Below, piece after piece: positions 12,360 to 23,038 of a stretch of DNA of 64,000 bases. A model generated the notes under the pieces. It saw nothing but the letters and a program-made list of their open reading frames with translations. It was not told the DNA's origin and made no database searches. Source of the DNA: an uncultured Chloroflexia bacterium (lineage in GTDB: Bacteria; Chloroflexota; Limnocylindria; Limnocylindrales; CSP1-4); the NCBI GenBank assembly GCA_963828165.1, contig CAWHDR010000001.1:1568001-1632000 (forward strand), in the 5' to 3' direction. Every line of letters starts with the position of its first letter. Within the stretch, counting starts at the first letter, position 1. The position numbers were made by a program, and so were the translations under genes.

Positions 12360-14113
12360 GGCAGGTCCGCCCGGATCGTGGTCCCTTCCCCGGGCCGGCT
12401 CGTCACCGTAAGCCGGCCACCGGCCGCGGCGACGCGGTCATCGAGACCCCGGATGCCCGATCCGCGACCCGGGTCCGCCCCGCCCACACCGTCGTCGACG
12501 ATCTCGACGACGAGAACGCCATCGCGTCGGTCGATGGCCACGTGGGCGCGCGTCGCGCGTGCGTATTTGGCCACGTTGGTCAGCGCCTCGGCCACGACGA
12601 AGTACGCGGTCGCCTCCAGTTCCGGCACCAAACGGGTGTCCGGAGCACTGACACTGACCGGCACAGGGGAACGATCCGCGAGCGACTCGACGGCAGCGCC
12701 GAGGCCATCCTCGACGAGGACGGTCGGATGCAGCCCGCGGGCGAGCTCGCGAAGCTCCCCGAGTGCCAGCTCGAGCTCGGTCGTGGCCCGGTCGAGCGTC
12801 CCCGGCAGGCCGGGGTCGGACCGGCCCGCCTGAACCTGGGCGAGCTGCAGGGCGAGCGCCAACGTGACGAGACGCTGTTGGGCGCCGTCGTGGAGATCGC
12901 GCTCGACGCGGCGCCGTTCGGCGTCACCGGCGGCCACGATCCTGGCCCGGGAAGCGCGGACATCCTCGAGCTGGGCGCGGACCTCGGCCTGCAGCCGCTC
13001 ATTGTCGAGCGCCAATCGCGTAGCCGCCGAGACCGATCCCAGGAGTTCAGGCTGTTCCATGAGCGCCGGATCGTGGATCAGCAGTGCGACCGTGTCGCCG
13101 TCCCGCTCGATCCTCGTCACGGAGCGCTCCGGGTCAGCGGCCGCGGGGATCTCGAGCGTGCGGCCGTCAAGGTCGACAAGATCAGCCGTCCCCGGCACCG
13201 GGTAGGCGACCTCGAGAGACGGGTCTCCCAGGGTCTTCGCAAGCACCTCCCGGAGCGTCGGTTGATCGGGCCTTGCCCCGAGCTGCAGGACGAGGTCGGC
13301 GACGCCGCCTCGTGCGATGCGAGCTCTCGTGAGCCCGACGACGAAGCCGATCGGCACGACCGCCGCCGTGACGACCGTCAGGTATTGCCCCAGATCGTCG
13401 ATGGCAAAGCGGTCGAAGATGTTCGTCGTCGGCACGAAGCCCGTCGCGTATTCCACGACGATCCCGATCGCGAACGCCAGTCCGCCAAGCAGGATCGGTC
13501 CGGCGACACGGCGACCGACCGTCGTCTGGGTACGCCAGCGGTCGATGACGAGCACCACCACCGCAACGGCGAGGATCGCGATGATCGTGGAGAAGACCGC
13601 GTCGCCATCGGCGCGCAAGGTGACATCGGAGACGTAGCGATCCGCGACCGCGGGGTCGGTGAGGTCACCGTACTCCGTGGTCGGTCGGATGATCGCGATC
13701 CGGAATACCGTGCGGACGGCAAGGACGCCGAAGAGGCCGCCCACGACCGCGCGCGAAGACCGTGAAGCGAGGCGTCCGGATGGATAGGCCAGGATCAGCC
13801 ACGCCAGCAGGGCGTCGTAGTAGCCCTGGAAGGCATAAGCGGCCTCCGTGATGGCCGGCTCGGCGATCGCCCCGTACGTGCCGACATACCAGGCAAACGC
13901 GATCGTGACCATCAACGGCCCAACGCGGTTACCGGGCCGTCGTTGCCAGGCGATCTGACCACAGACAAGAAACGCGATCCCCGGCAACAGGTCCGCGATG
14001 ACCCAGACCAGCGGCCAGCCAGCCTGCAGGCGAGCCACCTCCGCGCCCAGCCCGAACGCGATCCCCAGCGGCAGCAGGGCGAGGCGGGCAGGGCGCGGCA
14101 GGGTGCTGGTCAC
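12350..14113 (-). CDS. Membrane sensor histidine kinase (HisKA_3)
   Basis: Multi-TM N-terminus; ERRRVERDLHDGAQQRL; EALTNVAKY; DDGVGG. Confidence 0.92.
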   Translation of the reverse strand: MTSTLPRPARLALLPLGIAFGLGAEVARLQAGWPLVWVIADLLPGIAFLVCGQIAWQRRPGNRVGPLMVTIAFAWYVGTYGAIAEPAITEAAYAFQGYYDALLAWLILAYPSGRLASRSSRAVVGGLFGVLAVRTVFRIAIIRPTTEYGDLTDPAVADRYVSDVTLRADGDAVFSTIIAILAVAVVVLVIDRWRTQTTVGRRVAGPILLGGLAFAIGIVVEYATGFVPTTNIFDRFAIDDLGQYLTVVTAAVVPIGFVVGLTRARIARGGVADLVLQLGARPDQPTLREVLAKTLGDPSLEVAYPVPGTADLVDLDGRTLEIPAAADPERSVTRIERDGDTVALLIHDPALMEQPELLGSVSAATRLALDNERLQAEVRAQLEDVRASRARIVAAGDAERRRVERDLHDGAQQRLVTLALALQLAQVQAGRSDPGLPGTLDRATTELELALGELRELARGLHPTVLVEDGLGAAVESLADRSPVPVSVSAPDTRLVPELEATAYFVVAEALTNVAKYARATRAHVAIDRRDGVLVVEIVDDGVGGADPGRGSGIRGLDDRVAAAGGRLTVTSRPGEGTTIRADLPCA

Positions 14114-14123
14114 CGGCGGAGCA

Positions 14124-14630
14124 TCACTCGGCCGGCTTCCACGGGTGCATCTCGGTCATCATCCCCAGGACCGGGTCCGGTGGCTCAGGTACGCCGAGAA
14201 CCAGCGTGCCGTTCTCCATCCGCCAGGTGAACCGGACGACGTCGCCGGCATAGTCGGGTGGGAAGGTCGTGGTCTGATCGATGACTCCGTCACCAACGAC
14301 CGTGTACGTGCCGCGGAACAGCGGCCATCTGATCGGCGCATCGGTCGCCTGCGCTGTTGACCAGGTGCCGTCCGACGCAAACGTCGTCGTGAACACTCCG
14401 GCGTTCTCCTTGATCAGCCCCGCGTCCGTCATCCCAGCCCCCCGAAGGTCTTCCTCGGTGATCGTCGAGGTCCACGAGCCGACGGGAAAGCCGTCTGGCA
14501 GCGCAGCGAGGCTGGGGGCCGGGACGTTCGGCGCCGATGCGGGCGCGCTCGGGGTGGCGGCCGTGCATGCCATGGCCACCACCGCAAGCGCGGCGATGAG
14601 CGTGCTTCGGTAGATGCGCTTGGTCGTCAT
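14124..14630 (-). CDS. Putative lipoprotein
   Basis: MTTKRIYRSTLIAALAVVAMAC lipobox-like signal; GGAGG RBS; ATGA overlap with the upstream gene. Confidence 0.7.
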   Translation of the reverse strand: MTTKRIYRSTLIAALAVVAMACTAATPSAPASAPNVPAPSLAALPDGFPVGSWTSTITEEDLRGAGMTDAGLIKENAGVFTTTFASDGTWSTAQATDAPIRWPLFRGTYTVVGDGVIDQTTTFPPDYAGDVVRFTWRMENGTLVLGVPEPPDPVLGMMTEMHPWKPAE

Positions 14631-15007
14631 GTCGTCGTACCTCCGCTTGCCCCCTGGAGGATCGCTCGCAGCGTATCTCCGGAGAGTCTCGATTTGGTGA
14701 TGAATCCCGCGGCCCCACTGACGCCGACGCGACGGCCGTAGTCGGACGCGTCTCGAGTCGAAACGAGGACGACCGCCGGGGGCGCGGGTCCCTTCAGCAG
14801 CTCGCGAGCGACGGCGAACCCGTCCAGGTCGGGCAGCTGCACGTCCAACAACACCACCGCCGGCCGGATCCGATGCGCCTGGGTCAGAGCGGCGCCCCCG
14901 TCCGCGGCCTCTGCGACCACGTCGAAGCCCGCCAGCGACAGGAGATCCCGGGCGAATGCCCGGAACCCGTCGTGGTCGTCGACGATGAGGACGGTAGGTC
15001 GGTGCAT
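14627..15007 (-). CDS. Stand-alone receiver-domain response regulator
   Basis: VLIVDDH, LLDVQLPDLDG, GFITK; no output domain. Confidence 0.88.
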   Translation of the reverse strand: MHRPTVLIVDDHDGFRAFARDLLSLAGFDVVAEAADGGAALTQAHRIRPAVVLLDVQLPDLDGFAVARELLKGPAPPAVVLVSTRDASDYGRRVGVSGAAGFITKSRLSGDTLRAILQGASGGTTT

Positions 15008-15169
15008 GACGGAATCCTGGGCGGGCGCGATCGATCAGGGAACCGTGCTGGCACCCGGAACCTCCCGCGTGCCGGATGCGTGGTGGCGCGGCAGACGCGA
15101 CACGCCGCACGCCCGACGCTGTCGTCCAGGCCCGTTGTATCGGGCCACGTACGTCGGAGGAAGACCCCC

Positions 15170-15658
15170 ATGCGTCGATCGTTCCTCTCAGCCGCCATCG
15201 CGATGGCGTTCATCCTGGCCACCGTGGCTCCCACGCTCGCGGGTGGCACGCGGTCGGTCCGGTTCAGCGGGAGTGACCACTACACGGTCGCTCATCCCTG
15301 TGGAGTCGTCGAGAACACCAGCGTCACCGTTCGCGGGACCGCGTTCTTCGACGCCTCTGGCGCCTGGATCCGAGATCTCGTCGTCTTCGCCTACGACGGT
15401 GTCTACACCGGTCCCTCGGGCTCACTCGCCAATCGGTCACACCAGACGGCCGAATACACACCCGAGACTGGCACCCTGCGCGGGCAAGGCACGTTCATCC
15501 ACGGGGGCCACGTCGGCGTGCTGGCGTACGACGTCGGTCGGCTCGTCTTCGACAGGAGCGACGGCTCGACACTCTTCGCAACGCCGAAGGTCATCCGGCT
15601 CGACGACCCGGGCGCGATGGAGGCGCTCGACGAGGCTCTCTGCGACCTCCTGTCCTGA
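15170..15658 (+). CDS. Secreted hypothetical protein
   Basis: GGAGG RBS; signal peptide MRRSFLSAAIAMAFILATVAPTLA; two Cys. Confidence 0.7.
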   Translation: MRRSFLSAAIAMAFILATVAPTLAGGTRSVRFSGSDHYTVAHPCGVVENTSVTVRGTAFFDASGAWIRDLVVFAYDGVYTGPSGSLANRSHQTAEYTPETGTLRGQGTFIHGGHVGVLAYDVGRLVFDRSDGSTLFATPKVIRLDDPGAMEALDEALCDLLS

Positions 15659-15710
15659 GGGACCCTTGACCAATCGCCGACCGCCACCACCACGCGGCTG
15701 TCCTTCACGC

Positions 15711-15740
15711 GCCGGCCCGGGCCTCGAGACCCGGGCCGGT
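15711..15740. terminator. GC-rich stem-loop
   Basis: GCCGGCCCGGG-N8-CCCGGGCCGGT inverted repeat between the secreted protein gene and guaA. Confidence 0.45.
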
Positions 15741-15788
15741 ACACTGGTGCCTGGCGGGTGACTCGGCGAGCGGAGGGCGGCATCGACG

Positions 15789-17582
15789 ATGACGGAGGCG
15801 ATCGAGGACGAGGCGAGTCGGCCAGCGGAGGACGCGGCGACGATGCCGGCGCCCTCCGATCGCGACCGCGGCAAGACGATCCACGGGGACGCGGCGAACT
15901 CGGGCCATCGCGTCCTGGCCCCGGACGACGCGGAGGTCGAGGCCTATCTCGAGACCGCGCTCAAGGCGCCGGCCCCCGACCGCTCCTCCGATGATCAACG
16001 GGCCGGCGCCGCGGCTTCGGTACCGGGACCCGTCGTCGTCCTCGATTTCGGCAGCCAGTTCGCCCAGCTCATCGCTCGCCGGGTCCGCGAGCTCGACGTG
16101 TACTCCGAGCTGCTCCCGCACGACACACCGTACGAGGAACTGGAACGCCGCGGCACGCAGGCGATCATCCTCAGCGGCGGCCCCAATTCCGTCTACGACG
16201 ACGATGCCCCGAAGCCGGATCCGGCCGTCTGGGGCGGGCGGATCCCCGTACTGGGCATCTGCTACGGGGCGCAACTCATGGCTCGCGAGCTCGGTGGCGA
16301 TGTCCTGGCGGCCGGCAAGCGCGAGTACGGCCCGGCGAACGTCACGATCACGACCGGCGACGGCCTGTTCGACGGCATCGAGCCCAACCAGCCCGTCTGG
16401 ATGAGCCACGGCGACTCGATCACGAGGCTGCCGGAAGGGTTCGCGTCGACCGCCCAGACCGATTCGACCCCGTTCGCCGGCCTGCAGGCGCCAGACCGGA
16501 ACCTGTACGGGATCCAGTTCCACCCGGAGGTCGTCCACACGCCACGCGGCAAGGACGTGCTGCGCAACTTCGTGGTCGGCATCGCCGGCGTCGAGCCGTC
16601 GTGGACGGCATCCAATTTCATCGACACCACGGTCGCAGGGATCCGCGAGCGCGTGGACGCCCACGCGACGGAGACCGGCTCGGACGGCAAGGTCATCTGC
16701 GCCCTGTCGGGCGGTGTCAATTCAGCCGTGGCGGCGGCGCTGGTGCACCGGGCGGTGGGGGATCGGCTGACCTGCATCTACGTCGATCACGGGCTGATGC
16801 GCAAGAAGGAATCGGAACTGCTGCGCGTCACCTTCGAGCGCGATCTCGGCATGAACCTCGTCATGGTCGATGCGCGCGACCGATTCCTCACCCGCCTCTC
16901 CGGCGTCGAGGACCCGGAGCAGAAGCGCAAGATCATCGGCGACGAATTCATCCGGGTCTTCGAGGAAGAAGCCGCGAAGATCGGGGCCATCGATTTCCTC
17001 ACCCAGGGCACGCTCTACCCCGACGTCATCGAAAGCGCGACCTCCGAGACGAAGGCTGCCCAGAAGATCAAGACGCACCACAACGTCGGCGGCCTGCCGG
17101 CCGACCTGCGCTTCCAGCTCATCGAGCCGCTGCGCTACCTGTTCAAGGACGAGGTGCGCAAGGTCGGCCAGGAGCTGGGCCTGCCCGATGCCATGGTCCT
17201 GCGCCAGCCCTTCCCGGGGCCGGGTCTCGCGATCCGGATCATCGGCGAGGTCACGCGCGAGCGACTGGAGACGCTGCGCGAGGCAGACTGGATCGTCATC
17301 GACGAGATCAAGGCGGCGAACCTGTACCGCTCGTTGTGGCAGAGCTTTGCGATCCTCACGCCGGTCCGCTCGGTCGGGGTGATGGGCGACGGGCGCACCT
17401 ACGCCAACGTCGTCGCCATCCGCGCCGTCACGTCCGAGGACGGGATGACCGCCGACTGGGCCAAGCTGCCGTACGACGTGCTCGGCAAGATCAGCAGTCG
17501 CATCGTGAACGAGGTTCCCGGCGTCAACCGGGTCGTGTACGACATCTCCTCCAAGCCGCCGGCCACCATCGAGTGGGAATGA
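15789..17582 (+). CDS. guaA: GMP synthase (glutamine-hydrolysing)
   Basis: [48 protein letters not shown]; N-terminal extension. Confidence 0.97.
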   Translation: MTEAIEDEASRPAEDAATMPAPSDRDRGKTIHGDAANSGHRVLAPDDAEVEAYLETALKAPAPDRSSDDQRAGAAASVPGPVVVLDFGSQFAQLIARRVRELDVYSELLPHDTPYEELERRGTQAIILSGGPNSVYDDDAPKPDPAVWGGRIPVLGICYGAQLMARELGGDVLAAGKREYGPANVTITTGDGLFDGIEPNQPVWMSHGDSITRLPEGFASTAQTDSTPFAGLQAPDRNLYGIQFHPEVVHTPRGKDVLRNFVVGIAGVEPSWTASNFIDTTVAGIRERVDAHATETGSDGKVICALSGGVNSAVAAALVHRAVGDRLTCIYVDHGLMRKKESELLRVTFERDLGMNLVMVDARDRFLTRLSGVEDPEQKRKIIGDEFIRVFEEEAAKIGAIDFLTQGTLYPDVIESATSETKAAQKIKTHHNVGGLPADLRFQLIEPLRYLFKDEVRKVGQELGLPDAMVLRQPFPGPGLAIRIIGEVTRERLETLREADWIVIDEIKAANLYRSLWQSFAILTPVRSVGVMGDGRTYANVVAIRAVTSEDGMTADWAKLPYDVLGKISSRIVNEVPGVNRVVYDISSKPPATIEWE

Positions 17583-17660
17583 TCGCCCGGCCAAGGGTTC
17601 ACGCCCGACCCTGACCGATGGGGTATTCCTGGCGGCATCCGGCGGGGTAGCATGCACGGC

Positions 17661-18266
17661 ATGACCGAGGAAACCTTGTCCGGCGAGGCGGAAGCCTCCA
17701 TCTGCCCTTGGTGTTCCGCCACATACACGGGCGAGCGGGAGACGTGCCCCTCGTGTGGCGCGGCCCTGACCGCCGACCCGAACACGGACCCGTCACTGCC
17801 GGGGCTGACCGCCATCGACACCGCGGCGATCGTGCGCGCCAAGACACCGAGCCCACGGCCGCGCAACCGGATCATGTCGTGGATCAGCGGCGAATACCCG
17901 GACGAAGGCGGCGGCGTCCCCGCCGAGGCCGGCGCGCTGGCTCCCCCTGACCTTGCCGTCCGGCGCGAGATCCTGCGGCTCGAGCTCGAAGCAGAGGTGG
18001 CGAATCTCCAGGCCGAGGCCGACGCGCTCCTTGCCGAGGCCAAGGTCGAAGGCCGCGCTCCCGGAGTGTCAGAGGAAGACGCGGCGGCATCTGAGGCCAT
18101 CGTCCATGAGATCGAGCGGGTCTCGGCCGGGCTGGACGCGGTCGATGAGGAGCTCGGCGAGACCGCAGCCGAAGTCGCCGAGCCGGTGGCCACGACTCCG
18201 GTCGTGCCCGCGGCTCCGGACGTCGAGGCGTCGCGCGCCGGCGACGAGGCCGCTCCGCCAGCCTGA
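17661..18266 (+). CDS. Zinc-ribbon-containing hypothetical protein
   Basis: CPWC...CPSC then coiled coil; TAGCAT -10 seven nt before ATG 17661. Confidence 0.7.
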   Translation: MTEETLSGEAEASICPWCSATYTGERETCPSCGAALTADPNTDPSLPGLTAIDTAAIVRAKTPSPRPRNRIMSWISGEYPDEGGGVPAEAGALAPPDLAVRREILRLELEAEVANLQAEADALLAEAKVEGRAPGVSEEDAAASEAIVHEIERVSAGLDAVDEELGETAAEVAEPVATTPVVPAAPDVEASRAGDEAAPPA

Positions 18267-18293
18267 CGGACCCTGGCCGCTATCCTTGCGGCC

Positions 18294-18752
18294 GTGCCCG
18301 ACCGACTCCCACCTCCTGGACCCTCCTTCCTGCGCGAGCACGAGGTTCGCGTTCGCGACCACACGTACCGGGCGGGCATGGCCCGGCCATCCGACGCGCC
18401 CGACGGCTGGTGGCTCACGCTGATGTGGGTGGCCGACGACGAGGGCGTCGTCAGCTTTCGGGACGTGGCCCCGGCATCCGGCCCGCCGCCCGACCCCCCG
18501 CTCGGCCGACTCGGCCCGGCGCTCGCCGGCGCGCTTTCCGGGCTCATCCTCGAGGACGCCGGCCGCTTGCAGCTCCGCGTGGCGGCGCTCGTGCCGCCCG
18601 ACGACGAGACCCGGCCGTGGCGCGCGCCCCTCGCGGTTCGGGCTGCGTTCCGGTTCGAGCCGGCGCGCGCCGCGGCGATGGGCGCCAACGAGCTCGCCGA
18701 CACCGTGCTGGCCGGGTTCCGGAAGGCGGTCGAGGGTCTCGGACGACCCTGA
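18294..18752 (+). CDS. Hypothetical protein
   Basis: Coding-like ORF with TATCCT 7 nt upstream of GTG. Confidence 0.6.
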   Translation: MPDRLPPPGPSFLREHEVRVRDHTYRAGMARPSDAPDGWWLTLMWVADDEGVVSFRDVAPASGPPPDPPLGRLGPALAGALSGLILEDAGRLQLRVAALVPPDDETRPWRAPLAVRAAFRFEPARAAAMGANELADTVLAGFRKAVEGLGRP

Positions 18753-18802
18753 CCGGCCTTCGGGCATGAGGTTCGGGCCGACCGGCTAGACTCAGCGGAC
18801 CG

Positions 18803-21800
18803 ATGCGCGACCTGTTCGACGATTTCCTCGAGGACCTTCGCCGACGGGAGGCGGCTGCCCGCGGAGAGGATCCCGACGCAAAGGCGCCGCCTCGTCGCCG
18901 CGCTTCGGGCGACGGTGAACCTGACCCGGACGACCGCGAAGAGGATGACGGCGACCGCGAGCGGGGCCGAAGGTCTCCGCCCCGTGAGCCCAGTCCTCCG
19001 CGCCGTCCGCGAGTGGTCCGGGATCAACGTCGTGGCGGTCGCCGCCGGCGGGTGACCTGGTGGGCCGCCGGGCTCATCCTCCTGCTCGTATTCATGCTCT
19101 TCAGCTTCGGGCTGGACCTCTGGACCGACGCGCTGTGGTACCGGAGCGTTGGTTTCGACGCCGTCTTCTGGACGCGCCTCGGTGCCCAGGTCGGGCTGTT
19201 CGCGGCGGCGCTGATCGGGAGCCTCGTGATCCTGCTCCTGAATATCTACCTGGCCGGTCGGCTCATGCCGCCACCCGACCCGAACCGCACCGGCGGTTCG
19301 TTCCGGAACCTGATGGATCGCATCAACGAGGCGGCTCAAGCGGCCGATCCGGATCGCGGCCCCGGCATGCGTCGGGATGCCGGTGCGGCGCGCCCCGTCA
19401 CGTTCGACTCCGGCGACATCCCCGATCTCACGCCGATCGCCGGCGTGGCGCTCGTGGTCCTCGCCGGGCTCATCGCCCTGGCGATCGGCGGCTCGGTCGC
19501 GAGCGTCTGGGAGACCGTGCTGCTGTGGGTCAACCGTGTGCCGTTCTCGCCCGATGGGGCAGCCGCGATCGCCGATCCCGTCTTCGGGCGGGACATCGGC
19601 TACTTCCTGTTCGAGCTCCCGTTCCTGCGGCTCGTCCAGGCGCTCTTCAACGGCATCGTGCTGGCGTCGCTGGTCCTGGTCTTCGCCCGGTATCTCGTCG
19701 GGGCCTCGCGTGGGAGCCTCGTGTTCACGACCCCGGTCCGGGTCCACCTGGCGATCCTCGGTGGGCTGTTCCTGCTGTCGGTGGCGTTCGGCTACCAGCT
19801 CGACAAGTACGAGCTCGTGTACAGCAATCGCGGCGTCCTCTTCACCGGCGTGAGCTTCACGGACCAGAGCGCGCAGTTCCTGGCGTATGACGTACTGACT
19901 GTCCTGTCCGGCCTTGCCGGTGCCTTGCTGGTCGGCGGTGCGTTCACCCGGATGCTCTGGCCGCTGGGCCTGGTGATCGGCGTGTGGTTGCTGGCCTCCT
20001 TGATCATCGGGCGGTTGTACCCCGAGGCCATCCAGCGCTTCACGGTCCAGCCCAACCAGTACGCGCAGGAGCAGACGTACATCGCCAACAACATCGCGAT
20101 GACGCGACTCGCGTACGGGATCGACCACTGGGAAGACGACCGGCTGTTCCAGGGGGAGGCCGTGCTGGACGAGGCGGTGATCGAAGCCGAGGCGGCGACG
20201 TTCCGCAACGCCCGGCTCTGGGATTACCGGCCGCTCGGTGACACCCTCGACCAGCTCCAGCGCATCCGCCGCTACTACGACTTCCACGACGTGGACACCG
20301 ATCGCTACATCATCGACAGCGTCCAGCGCCAGGTCATGTTGTCCGCCCGCGAGCTGGACCTCAGCCAGAACCCTGCGGCGGCCGGCTTCGTCAACCAGCG
20401 GATCGTCTACACCCACGGCATCGGCGCCGCGCTGGTCCCGGTCAACGAGGTGACCAACGAGGGCCAGCCGCGACTGTTCATCCGCAACCTCCCGCCGGTG
20501 TCGACCGAAGGGGCGCCCGAGATCACCGAGCCGCGGATCTACTTCGGCGAGAAGCCGAGCGGCTACGTGATCACCGGCGCCCGGCAGGCCGAGTTCGACT
20601 ACCCGACGGGCGAAGGGGAGGGCGGGGCCGATCCGGGCACGGAGACGCGCTGGCGGGGTACGACCGGTATCAGCCTCGACACGACCCTCCCGCGACTGCT
20701 GTTCGCGTTGCGCTTCCGCGATCTCGACCTGCTGATCAGCGACCAGATCACCGCCGAGAGCCAGCTCCTGTTCCACCGCTCGCTGGCGGACCGGCTGGAG
20801 CACATCGCGCCGTTCCTGCGCTACGACAAGGATCCGTATCTGGTGATTCGCGATGACGGCACGCTGACCTACGTGCAGGACGCGTTCACCGTGTCCGACC
20901 GCTTCCCCCACGCGCAGGGCTTCGATCCGGCCGGATCCGGACTCGAAGGGTCGCGACTCGGCGACCCCTTCAACTACATCCGCAACAGCGTGAAGATCAC
21001 GATGGACGCCTACGACGGGACGATGAACTTCTACGTCGCGGACGATCAGGACCCGCTCATCCGCGCGTACAGCGGCGTCTTCCCGACGATGTTCCAGCCC
21101 CTGACGGCCCTCCCGGACGACCTGCGGCCGCACCTGCGGGTCCCCGAGGAGCTGTTCAACGTCCAGACGCGCGTGTTCGGGCGCTACCACGTCCGCGACC
21201 CGCTGCGCTTCTTCCAGAGCGACGACCTGTGGACCGTCCCGCAGGCGCAGGGCAGTCAGCAGTCACTGCCCAACGAGGCGTACTACGTGATCATGCGCAT
21301 GCCCGGCGAGGAGGAGGCCGAGTTCCTCCTGCTCCAGCCGATGGTCCCCCTCAACCGGCCCAACATGATCGCCTGGGTCGCGGCACGCCAGGACGAGCCC
21401 AACTACGGCGCGACGCGGGTCTACCGCTTCCCGGCCGACACGACGATCTTCGGTCCTGCCCAGATCGAGGCGCGCATCGTCCAGGACCCCCAGATCAGCC
21501 AGCAGTTCACGCTCTGGAGCCAGGGCGGCAGCACGGTCATCCAGGGGAATCTCATCGTGGTGCCCGTGGGCGATTCACTGATCTACCTCCAGCCCGTCTA
21601 CCTGCAGTCGCAACAGTCCGCGTTCCCCGAGTTCCAGCGGATCATCGTCGCCTCGCCACGCGAGGTCGTCTGGTCCGAAACGCTGGCGGAGGCGCTCGAT
21701 CTCCTGCTGGCGGCCGAGGGCAGCGCGCCCGGGCCGACCGAGCCACCGACGCCGACGCCGACGCCGTCGCCCGGCCCGACGCCAACCCCCGGCCCGACCC

Positions 21801-22021
21801 CGTCGGGTGGCGCGACCGATGAGTTGCCGGCCGACGTCCCGGGCCTGGTCGAGTACGCCAACCGTCACTTCGAGCTCGCGCAGGCGGCGTTGCGCGACGG
21901 GGACTTCGCCCGATACGGCGAGGAGATCGACAAGGTCGAGGCCGCCCTGCAGAGGCTTGGCGAGCTCGCACCCGAATTGGGGCTCGGGTCGCCCGCGCCG
22001 TCGGTCAGCCCCGCGCCATGA
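18803..22021 (+). CDS. UPF0182 family membrane protein
   Basis: WTDALWY, DPVFGRDIGYFLFELPF, DVDTDRY, YTHG, NYIRNSVK, GNLIVVP. Confidence 0.92.
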   Translation: MRDLFDDFLEDLRRREAAARGEDPDAKAPPRRRASGDGEPDPDDREEDDGDRERGRRSPPREPSPPRRPRVVRDQRRGGRRRRVTWWAAGLILLLVFMLFSFGLDLWTDALWYRSVGFDAVFWTRLGAQVGLFAAALIGSLVILLLNIYLAGRLMPPPDPNRTGGSFRNLMDRINEAAQAADPDRGPGMRRDAGAARPVTFDSGDIPDLTPIAGVALVVLAGLIALAIGGSVASVWETVLLWVNRVPFSPDGAAAIADPVFGRDIGYFLFELPFLRLVQALFNGIVLASLVLVFARYLVGASRGSLVFTTPVRVHLAILGGLFLLSVAFGYQLDKYELVYSNRGVLFTGVSFTDQSAQFLAYDVLTVLSGLAGALLVGGAFTRMLWPLGLVIGVWLLASLIIGRLYPEAIQRFTVQPNQYAQEQTYIANNIAMTRLAYGIDHWEDDRLFQGEAVLDEAVIEAEAATFRNARLWDYRPLGDTLDQLQRIRRYYDFHDVDTDRYIIDSVQRQVMLSARELDLSQNPAAAGFVNQRIVYTHGIGAALVPVNEVTNEGQPRLFIRNLPPVSTEGAPEITEPRIYFGEKPSGYVITGARQAEFDYPTGEGEGGADPGTETRWRGTTGISLDTTLPRLLFALRFRDLDLLISDQITAESQLLFHRSLADRLEHIAPFLRYDKDPYLVIRDDGTLTYVQDAFTVSDRFPHAQGFDPAGSGLEGSRLGDPFNYIRNSVKITMDAYDGTMNFYVADDQDPLIRAYSGVFPTMFQPLTALPDDLRPHLRVPEELFNVQTRVFGRYHVRDPLRFFQSDDLWTVPQAQGSQQSLPNEAYYVIMRMPGEEEAEFLLLQPMVPLNRPNMIAWVAARQDEPNYGATRVYRFPADTTIFGPAQIEARIVQDPQISQQFTLWSQGGSTVIQGNLIVVPVGDSLIYLQPVYLQSQQSAFPEFQRIIVASPREVVWSETLAEALDLLLAAEGSAPGPTEPPTPTPTPSPGPTPTPGPTPSGGATDELPADVPGLVEYANRHFELAQAALRDGDFARYGEEIDKVEAALQRLGELAPELGLGSPAPSVSPAP

Positions 22022-23035
22022 CCGTGGGGGCGACCCTGGTCGCCTCGCTCCTGCTCGCGCTGGGGGGACCGCGGACCTGGCCGTTGGCCCTCGCCACGTT
22101 CCTCCTTCGCGGTGGTTTCCTGCTCGTTCTCGCTCCGATCGTCGTGCTGCCGAGCGCGGTCGCCGTGGGGAACGTGCTCACGCCGCTGCTGTCGACGGTC
22201 GTGTTCCGCGGCTTCGCGACGATCGCTGCGCCGCTGGCCTTCGTCGGTCTCTCGGCACTCCTGTGGCTGTGCGGTGGGGGCCTCGTCGCTGCCGCCGCGG
22301 AATCGGAGCTGGCCCGAACGGTCGCGCGAGACGACGAGGCCTGGCCTGCGGGTCGGGCTCCGCACGATCCCCTCCCGGCCGGGCACCCGGCCCCCCGCGT
22401 GCTCGCCGCTCGGCTCATCGCCCACCTGCCCTTGTTGCTCGCCCTGGCGTGGGGAGCGATCCGCATCGTGGCCGTCACGTACCGCGAGCTGACGGTGCCG
22501 TCGGACGTTGGCGTGGCGCTCGTCATCCGGGTGGCTGGCGGCGCCACCGGACGCGGTCGTCGCGGTCGTCGCGGCATGGCTGCTGGGAGAGACGATCGGC
22601 GGGATCGCCGCTCGCCGGGTCGTCCTGCTGGGCGAACGGGTCCCGAGCGCGCTGGGCCGGGCGACCATCCGACTCGTGCGAAACCCGCTGCGCTGCGGCG
22701 TATTGGCCGCGGTCCCGCTCGTCGTGCTGCTGCTCGTGCTCGTCGCCGTTGGTCTGGCGGGTTCGGCGACGTGGGACGCGCTTCGAGCATCGTTGTCGTT
22801 CGGGACGGAGGGCGTGGTGGCGCTCGCGCTCGTGGCGATGCTCGTGGCGCTATTCGCGGGTGGTCTGGTGCTCGTCGCGGTCATTTCGGCCTGGCGCGCG
22901 GCGGTTTGGACCGTGGACTGGGCCGGGACGTTCGGGGGAGCGGGGTATGACCCAGAGGGGCAGTGGAACAGCGGCGTCGACTCTGCCACGCTGCAGGACT
23001 TGCGGCCCCGAGGGGTCGATCCGGACCCGAGGTGA
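22018..23035 (+). CDS. Multi-TM membrane protein (+1 frameshift near 22545)
   Basis: Hydrophobic ORF 22018 continues in ORF 22508..23035 (PDAVVAVVAAWLLGE...). Confidence 0.6.
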
Positions 23036-23038
23036 TGG

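Noticed and set aside
17399-21190. 1263-aa minus-strand ORF and similar long antisense ORFs
   Set aside because: These are shadow frames of real plus-strand genes in high-GC DNA and carry no recognisable motifs.
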